Sequence record: SRR22947727_2786
DNA: 39,019 nucleotides
Strand: one strand, 5' to 3'
Shown here: positions 33,511-39,019 of the stretch, in pieces
How positions within the stretch are numbered: position 1 is the stretch's first letter
Layout of the letters: every line of letters starts with the position of its first letter
The notes under the pieces: generated by a model
Told to the model about the DNA's origin: nothing
Databases searched by the model: none
What the model saw: only the letters and a program-made list of their open reading frames with translations
Program-made: the position numbers and the translations under genes

Positions 33511-34254
33511 TTACCTCTGAATTGCTGCTAGGAGTGTAAGGGGCTGAATCTGGATTGGGTTGTCGCAGCGAATAGCTGGCAATGCAACTGCGTTAACATC
33601 TTCATCAGATGCAAAGTAAGCAGTCATCACAGGACGAATCAACTTAGTGATTCCGACAGTTCCAGTTCCGAAGAACAAAGGTGAATGTGTTAGCGAGAAG
33701 CTAAACGTAGGAGTATCGTTCGAATCTCGTGTAACCCAAACTAAAGCAATCTCTACAGTAGAGTTAGCAATCTGAGGTACGATGTTGAAGTCGAAGCGAC
33801 ACTCTAATTTGTCACCCACTTGGCAAGTCGAGAAGTCTAGGCTCCCAGAAGCACCAAGGTATGGGTCTCCGTTGGATAGTGAGCCGTCAACACTCAATGC
33901 TGTGCTTGAGAAGTCGAATAACCTATCCACTCCTTGTGGGAGTTGTGTTCCACCGAACAAGCCTTTGGTAGCGTCATAGCCAGCCATAGCTGCTGTGTCT
34001 GGTGAACCCCAGTAGATGTTGTCGTTAGCAGCTTGTTGTGCTGCATCTAGGCCGAGAAGCATCCAGCGGTTGGCGGTTGCATCAGCGGTTGAGTAGTCTC
34101 GGTTAGAACCAACATCGCTGCTTCCAGCGGCACCTGTAGTTCTGTCTGTGAATCCCCCTGTGAATGAAAGCCCCGAATCTACTTTAAGAAGGTCGGCTGA
34201 TGAGATACTCCCACCTGCTGCTCCTGATTTAACCCCGTTGATGAATATCGCCAT
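33511..34254 (-). CDS. putative structural protein (247 aa)
   Basis: G/S/T/A-rich ORF with beta-rich C-terminus; GAGG RBS. Confidence 0.6.
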   Translation of the reverse strand: MAIFINGVKSGAAGGSISSADLLKVDSGLSFTGGFTDRTTGAAGSSDVGSNRDYSTADATANRWMLLGLDAAQQAANDNIYWGSPDTAAMAGYDATKGLFGGTQLPQGVDRLFDFSSTALSVDGSLSNGDPYLGASGSLDFSTCQVGDKLECRFDFNIVPQIANSTVEIALVWVTRDSNDTPTFSFSLTHSPLFFGTGTVGITKLIRPVMTAYFASDEDVNAVALPAIRCDNPIQIQPLTLLAAIQR

Positions 34255-34257
34255 AGC

Positions 34258-34647
34258 TTATACCTCTTCTGGTTGAACATCCCATTCAGGACGTAATTCT
34301 TCTAGTGTAAGTTCCCCTTCGACCCAAGTGTAGGCACCATCGACTAGGTGTCGTGGTTCTACAAGCTCGACGAAAGCAGCAGCGTCAATAGCCATGAAGT
34401 GGCCTGCTTGAGCAGCACTGTCACTAAGTAGCAACTGAAACTTAGCTGGATCTACGTCGATGATAGCCTGCATGTCTTCCATCGAGCGAGCATTGTCGCC
34501 GTGGGTTACAGGGGCACACCAGCAAACGTCTAGTTGCTTTGTCCACTCGGTTACCTGACGCTTAAATTCGCGGTCAGCACGAAGTAGGATGTTGTTAAGG
34601 TGTTCTGCTGCTTGTGGGGCAACAGGTGTTGGTTCATATTTTGACAT
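34258..34647 (-). CDS. hypothetical protein, possible fibre chaperone (129 aa)
   Basis: Directly follows fibre-like gene; helical and acidic. Confidence 0.5.
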   Translation of the reverse strand: MSKYEPTPVAPQAAEHLNNILLRADREFKRQVTEWTKQLDVCWCAPVTHGDNARSMEDMQAIIDVDPAKFQLLLSDSAAQAGHFMAIDAAAFVELVEPRHLVDGAYTWVEGELTLEELRPEWDVQPEEV

Positions 34648-34651
34648 GTTA

Positions 34652-35560
34652 TTACCCTGCTGATATTTTCATTGTCCCACCATCGTTCCATAATCGACCA
34701 GCTACAAGCGGGTCTGAGGTTGGTAAGCCTGTAAAGTCTACGTTAGCTGCCATTACGACATCGCCACTAAAGTCACCATCTACACTATAAACGCCCGCCC
34801 ACGGAACAGCAGGCTGCCCACAGTTGATGGGTGTCACAGTGTCATAGGGTCGCAAGTCTCCCTTCCTAATCGACACGTAACCGTTCGTTGGTGCGGCAAG
34901 TGTAATTTGGACATTGTTCATTGTTGCTGAAGACCACGCCGAGCTTAATATAAGCGTCGAATTGGCGTAAGCCTTCATGCCGGTAACGCCTGATGAGACA
35001 TCTATTCTTCTGAGTATGCCTGAACCAGTTACTTTAGGTTGGATTTTGGCTACCGTACCATCCCAAGATGTTTCGATGTATTCAGTATCGGCATCGCCAT
35101 CTGTACCGAATCCGTAGACTCGTTGGGTTCCGCCAACTGCACTACTTAGGTTATTGAAACTTCCATCTACGAACGATGGGCTATCAGTGGTGTTTAGGTT
35201 TTGGTCGAACGGGTTGGAGGCAGGGAGGTTTGTTAGCCCTGAACCGTCACCAGAAACCGAGTTGAAAGTTACGTCTGAGGTCGTGTCAAGTGCCTGATTG
35301 TTCTGAGCGGGCAGATTAGTCAAAGCAGAACCGTCTCCAGAAAACGAAAGAGCTGTTACAGCACCGCTAAACATAGCAGCATCAGCATCGAATGTTCCAG
35401 AAAAGTCGTGGTTGCCAGTCCAGTTGTAATTAGCAGTAACGTCAACACCAGTAACGCCAATGATGGCCTGTGCTGCGGCTTGGTCTGCTGCTGTGATTAA
35501 GTCGCGACCTATAGAAGTCGAATCAACTATCTGCGGGCTTATTATTGCTGTCGATGGCAT
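34652..35560 (-). CDS. fibre-like virion protein (302 aa)
   Basis: Duplicated SGDGS(A/G)LTNLPA..Q.L.TT repeat; C-terminal LPTSDPLVAGRLWNDGG; AAGGAGG RBS. Confidence 0.65.
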   Translation of the reverse strand: MPSTAIISPQIVDSTSIGRDLITAADQAAAQAIIGVTGVDVTANYNWTGNHDFSGTFDADAAMFSGAVTALSFSGDGSALTNLPAQNNQALDTTSDVTFNSVSGDGSGLTNLPASNPFDQNLNTTDSPSFVDGSFNNLSSAVGGTQRVYGFGTDGDADTEYIETSWDGTVAKIQPKVTGSGILRRIDVSSGVTGMKAYANSTLILSSAWSSATMNNVQITLAAPTNGYVSIRKGDLRPYDTVTPINCGQPAVPWAGVYSVDGDFSGDVVMAANVDFTGLPTSDPLVAGRLWNDGGTMKISAG

Positions 35561-35720
35561 CAGATGCCTCCTTCTTCTTTCGAGGTTTAATTACGTTCAT
35601 TCGCATCTGTCCGCACTTATCGCAACGAACTCTCTGAACCGAATCTACACCCCTGCTTATCGGATTACCAATCTTAGTATGCTTCTTAGAGCCACATTTA
35701 ATACAACTATTCTTGGACAT
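35523..35720 (-). CDS. small zinc-ribbon protein
   Basis: CIKC ... CDKC, basic; overlaps end of terminase. Confidence 0.65.
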   Translation of the reverse strand: MSKNSCIKCGSKKHTKIGNPISRGVDSVQRVRCDKCGQMRMNVIKPRKKKEASDAIDSNNKPADS

Positions 35721-37854
35721 ATCGCTTCCTCTTCTTACGTTTCTTATTACTAGCAGCCTGTAGCTTCAAAGACGCTACATCCGTTTGGATGTCAGCACCT
35801 CGTATGTTAGCTAGGATATAACAGCCAACTGTAGAATCGAACAAGTGGTTATCTCGCCCAACGTGAACAACTTTCCATTGCTCAATCTGCCGACCAGCAC
35901 CTTCAACAAGAATACCTTCTTCAGCAGTCATCTGCTCAGCGAACATCTGAATGTTCGGGAGCCTTCCATTCTCACGACCACCGTATACAGTCAAAGCTGA
36001 TCGCGATGATACTGGAGTTCGTAAAGCGTTGTTAGTTCGAGTCTTCCATAGGTTAGTGTCGGATATGATGCTTGTGCAGCTATAGCGGTTAGGCATCATC
36101 TTCCATTGACCAACTAAGGAAGCTGGAACATCTGGCTTCTTCTCAGGATCAACCAAAGGCTTCTTGAGTGGAGTAGAACCCCATCCCTTCATAGCGTATA
36201 ACATGCGACTATGGGCGTGACGTTTGCAGAACTGAAGCACTGTGTCATGCTCCTGCCCCCATCCGCTGTCTATCCCGATAGCTTCTACTGGGATGTTACG
36301 GCCACCTTCGTCTTTGTAGTCAACTGCTAAGACTTCATTAACGAAGTCGTTCAAGCCTTCTATGAGTGCTGCTGAGTATTCTAGGTTAGGGTTCCTAGCG
36401 TGGATAGTCTTCTTGACTCCAGCTAGGTTAACGTAGCTCTTGTTCTGGTCAGGCCAGACACCAGCGTTTAAGACATGTGCCCTAAACGTAGCTTTCTCAA
36501 AAGCCACTACTGAGTACCATAGACACTTCTGTGAAATATCTGCGAAGACTGTTATGAAGTCCATTCCAGCAGGTACAACATTGCGAGGAACTTCGATCTG
36601 TCGAGCGATGATGTCCTCTGGCTTTAGTCGAGGTTTCATACCTTGATTAAGCGGTGCAGGCTGGTTCATAAATTCAGCGAAGAAAGCAGGTGCATCTTTA
36701 AGATACAAGTTCATGCAGTTCTGAATAGCTGATACTTCGTCTTTGTTCTTTCGTGCTTCCCAAAGTGCTGTGGTGTTACCGTCAGCCCATCGGTTAGCTT
36801 CGTATAGGTCGTTAGCGTGATGTGTCCCATCGAGTAGGTCGAAGCGTCTAACTTCTCGGTACTCATTCTCCCAGAAGTCAGTGATCTTCTTCTCTGAGTC
36901 TGGCGTGTCTGCGTCTTCCCAAGGCATCTTATCTAATGCACCGAAGCGAACGCCTTTGAAGGTTGGCTGCTTCTCGTGATCCATCAACTGATCTGATAAG
37001 TCATCTTCATACACGATTGTGGTAGGCACTAGGACTCCACAAGGTCTCTCTGGAGATCCGAGGAAACCAATGTCACCAGCTAAGATACTTAGTCGCTTCT
37101 CAACTTGTGCAGGTGAGGCAGCACTTTCACGGGTCTGGGGATCATCTACAACACATAGCTGAGGTCTGATAACTCGACCATCTGGCCTCTCGACAGCCTT
37201 ACCACGTAATCCAGACTCCATAGATGCGAAGTCTAAGATGCCTGTGAAGTTAGGCTTAACCTGTGAGTACCAAGGAGCGTGAGCTTCGTAGTCCATCAGT
37301 GTAGGGAAGATCAACTTATCCGAACCCCAGCGAAGCTCAGTAGTCTCGCCGTGGAATCTCTGTCCACCAGCTTTACGTGCTTCGCCTTCACAGAATCGAA
37401 TAGGAAGGATAATCTCTGGGTAGTCTTTAGCTAATTCGTCATTAAAGCGTAATGTAGTCTTGATACTGGCTAACCTAGATGCCGAAGCACCTTTGTCTGC
37501 TGCAACATAGAGAGCATATTCGACATGTCCGTTAAGTAAGCTCCAGATCATAGCCCAATGGCATAGCGTAGACTTGCCACTACCACGGGGGAGGGCTAAC
37601 GCAAATGATCCACTGTTGAGAGTTGATTGCTCAATCTTCTCGATGACTTCCAAGTGAGCAGGAGACCACTCTAGCCCGAAGGCTTCCTGTCCATACTGCT
37701 CACAAAAGAACTGGAAGCTATCTGCTGCTTCTAATCTTCGATCAAGTGTCTCAGGCTTAGTAACTAACTTATCATACTTATCCCAGTACGCTAGGTCTTG
37801 TGCTGACCTTCTACGCTTCTCGTTTGCGGCTGAGCCGTTATCGTAACTGGGCAT
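35707..37854 (-). CDS. terL: terminase large subunit (lambda gpA-like nuclease domain)
   Basis: Walker A LPRGSGKST, Walker B CVVDDPQT, EFMNQP, FADIS, GIDSGW, DNHLFD. Confidence 0.9.
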   Translation of the reverse strand: MPSYDNGSAANEKRRRSAQDLAYWDKYDKLVTKPETLDRRLEAADSFQFFCEQYGQEAFGLEWSPAHLEVIEKIEQSTLNSGSFALALPRGSGKSTLCHWAMIWSLLNGHVEYALYVAADKGASASRLASIKTTLRFNDELAKDYPEIILPIRFCEGEARKAGGQRFHGETTELRWGSDKLIFPTLMDYEAHAPWYSQVKPNFTGILDFASMESGLRGKAVERPDGRVIRPQLCVVDDPQTRESAASPAQVEKRLSILAGDIGFLGSPERPCGVLVPTTIVYEDDLSDQLMDHEKQPTFKGVRFGALDKMPWEDADTPDSEKKITDFWENEYREVRRFDLLDGTHHANDLYEANRWADGNTTALWEARKNKDEVSAIQNCMNLYLKDAPAFFAEFMNQPAPLNQGMKPRLKPEDIIARQIEVPRNVVPAGMDFITVFADISQKCLWYSVVAFEKATFRAHVLNAGVWPDQNKSYVNLAGVKKTIHARNPNLEYSAALIEGLNDFVNEVLAVDYKDEGGRNIPVEAIGIDSGWGQEHDTVLQFCKRHAHSRMLYAMKGWGSTPLKKPLVDPEKKPDVPASLVGQWKMMPNRYSCTSIISDTNLWKTRTNNALRTPVSSRSALTVYGGRENGRLPNIQMFAEQMTAEEGILVEGAGRQIEQWKVVHVGRDNHLFDSTVGCYILANIRGADIQTDVASLKLQAASNKKRKKRKRYVQE

Positions 37855-37865
37855 GTTGCTACCTC

Positions 37866-38279
37866 TTAGACAGTAATTCCTGTTGGGTTGATCGCTAACT
37901 CGATCTCGCTAGTTGATGACGCGAAGCCAATCAAAGTAACAGCGTTCGTAGATGCGAGGTCAGCGTGCGGGCAAAGATTGCCACCATCGGCTGTTGCACT
38001 TAGAAAGACTGGATCGCCTTTGACTAGTGTTGTGCCAGCGAAGTATGTTCGTGAGGTCTGCATTAAAGCATAACCATCTAGGTCTGATGAAGTCAGTGTG
38101 ATACCTGCTACCAGAGCCTTTGTTACATCAGTAGCGTCAGCGAGCATGTACTTACCTGATGCACTATCGAGGTAGAGTGCTTGGCCTTCTGTTATTGCTT
38201 CTCCGACCTGTACTGTACTGGTTCGGACATTCGAGCCGCTGATCTTTACATTGGCCGGTGTGATTACGTAGTCTGCCAT
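37866..38279 (-). CDS. capsid decoration/cement-like protein
   Basis: GEAITEGQALYLD...LADA...GDPVFLSATADG...IGFASSTSEI pattern. Confidence 0.6.
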   Translation of the reverse strand: MADYVITPANVKISGSNVRTSTVQVGEAITEGQALYLDSASGKYMLADATDVTKALVAGITLTSSDLDGYALMQTSRTYFAGTTLVKGDPVFLSATADGGNLCPHADLASTNAVTLIGFASSTSEIELAINPTGITV

Positions 38280-38280
38280 G

Positions 38281-38643
38281 TTATTTTCTCCGCTTGTATT
38301 GGTAGTTGAAAACTTGCTTATCGAGGTTGTAAAGGTTCTTACCGTTAAAGTCGATTATCAATTGTTCGAGGTCGCGAGCTTCTTTCTCGCTACACTCTTC
38401 TACAATCTCGAAGAGGCACTCGTCACCGTACTGCTTGTACAGGCTGTTGAGTATTCGATTCTTGTGCTGCCCCTTTTCTAGCTTTCGACGATGATCGTGA
38501 AGTCTAGTTCTGATGTTCTTCGAGCTACCAATGTAACTCTTACTCCTTAATGAGCCAAAGTAGATACGATAAACGCCACAAGTATTAGTTGTGACGTTCT
38601 TCGCTATCTGTTCTTTGGTGAGGGGATGGTGCTTATGAGTCAT
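38281..38643 (-). CDS. GIY-YIG endonuclease
   Basis: GVYRI...YIGSS..IRTRL..H, EQ, LYN. Confidence 0.88.
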   Translation of the reverse strand: MTHKHHPLTKEQIAKNVTTNTCGVYRIYFGSLRSKSYIGSSKNIRTRLHDHRRKLEKGQHKNRILNSLYKQYGDECLFEIVEECSEKEARDLEQLIIDFNGKNLYNLDKQVFNYQYKRRK

Positions 38644-38992
38644 CCTCTTTAAGTCCGATCTCCTCCGAGATTCCTTCGCGAATATCGTTAATCGCGTCCA
38701 TTGTCGATTCTGGGTTATTCTTCTTGCTCACTATTGAGTGATGAAGTAGCTGGTAAGCTAACTTGAGCGTTTTGAAGAAGAAGGTGACAACTGCGATAAT
38801 CAACGTAGTAGCCCAGCCAGACTTGAAGAACAGAGATGCTGCGAGTAATGCAACCATTCCCCATGCCATCAATTTGATGAAGCTCATGATGATCTTAACG
38901 CTTGCGAATGAATCGTTCAGCTTCTCTGTTATAGATCCGTTAGACTCAGAATTCTTCTCGACACCAGCTAAGATGTTTCGAAGCCATTGCAT
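38633..38992 (-). CDS. membrane protein (holin candidate)
   Basis: 119 aa, two central TM segments, charged termini; first gene of late arm. Confidence 0.5.
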   Translation of the reverse strand: MQWLRNILAGVEKNSESNGSITEKLNDSFASVKIIMSFIKLMAWGMVALLAASLFFKSGWATTLIIAVVTFFFKTLKLAYQLLHHSIVSKKNNPESTMDAINDIREGISEEIGLKEDDS

Positions 38993-39019
38993 GATAGTTC
39001 CGTTAAAGACCTTAGCCTC

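Noticed and set aside
1-39019. Alternative genetic code (TAG reassignment), suggested by frequent CTAG/TAG
   Set aside because: Genes tile densely under the standard code, several end in TAG at sensible positions, and no suppressor tRNA was seen

Overview
The window looks like a near-complete or complete ~39 kb tailed dsDNA phage genome with siphovirus-type morphogenesis genes, in two convergent arms meeting at a bidirectional terminator (~13.7 kb). The + strand arm (1-13.7 kb) carries small early genes behind sigma70-like promoters, a sigma-factor-like HTH protein, a primase-polymerase/SF3 helicase, a Cas4-like DUF2800 nuclease, a DUF2815 SSB, an HNH endonuclease and a metallophosphoesterase. 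It continues with a GNAT acetyltransferase, a family A DNA polymerase, a HAD nucleotidase fused to a dATP/dGTP diphosphohydrolase-like domain, and small membrane proteins. The - strand arm (39.0-13.8 kb) encodes a GIY-YIG nuclease, a capsid decoration-like protein, the large terminase, a ~7 kb block of fibre/lectin-like genes plus a thioredoxin, then gpW-like, lambda-type portal, protease/scaffold and major capsid genes. It ends with head-tail genes, two paralogous tail tube genes, a frameshifted tail chaperone, the tape measure and tail tip proteins. I recognised no integrase, tRNA, CRISPR array, small terminase or endolysin. Protein styles suggest a Planctomycetota host, which is inference from recall only. 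The most interesting signals are a 33-nt element present twice in 5' leaders that reads both as an H-type pseudoknot and as a conserved leader peptide, a hammerhead-like structured RNA at the end of the late operon, duplicated tail tube genes, a nucleotide-pool/acetyltransferase module around the polymerase, and strong avoidance of CCWGG and GCGC. All family assignments come from motif recognition by eye; no searches were run.
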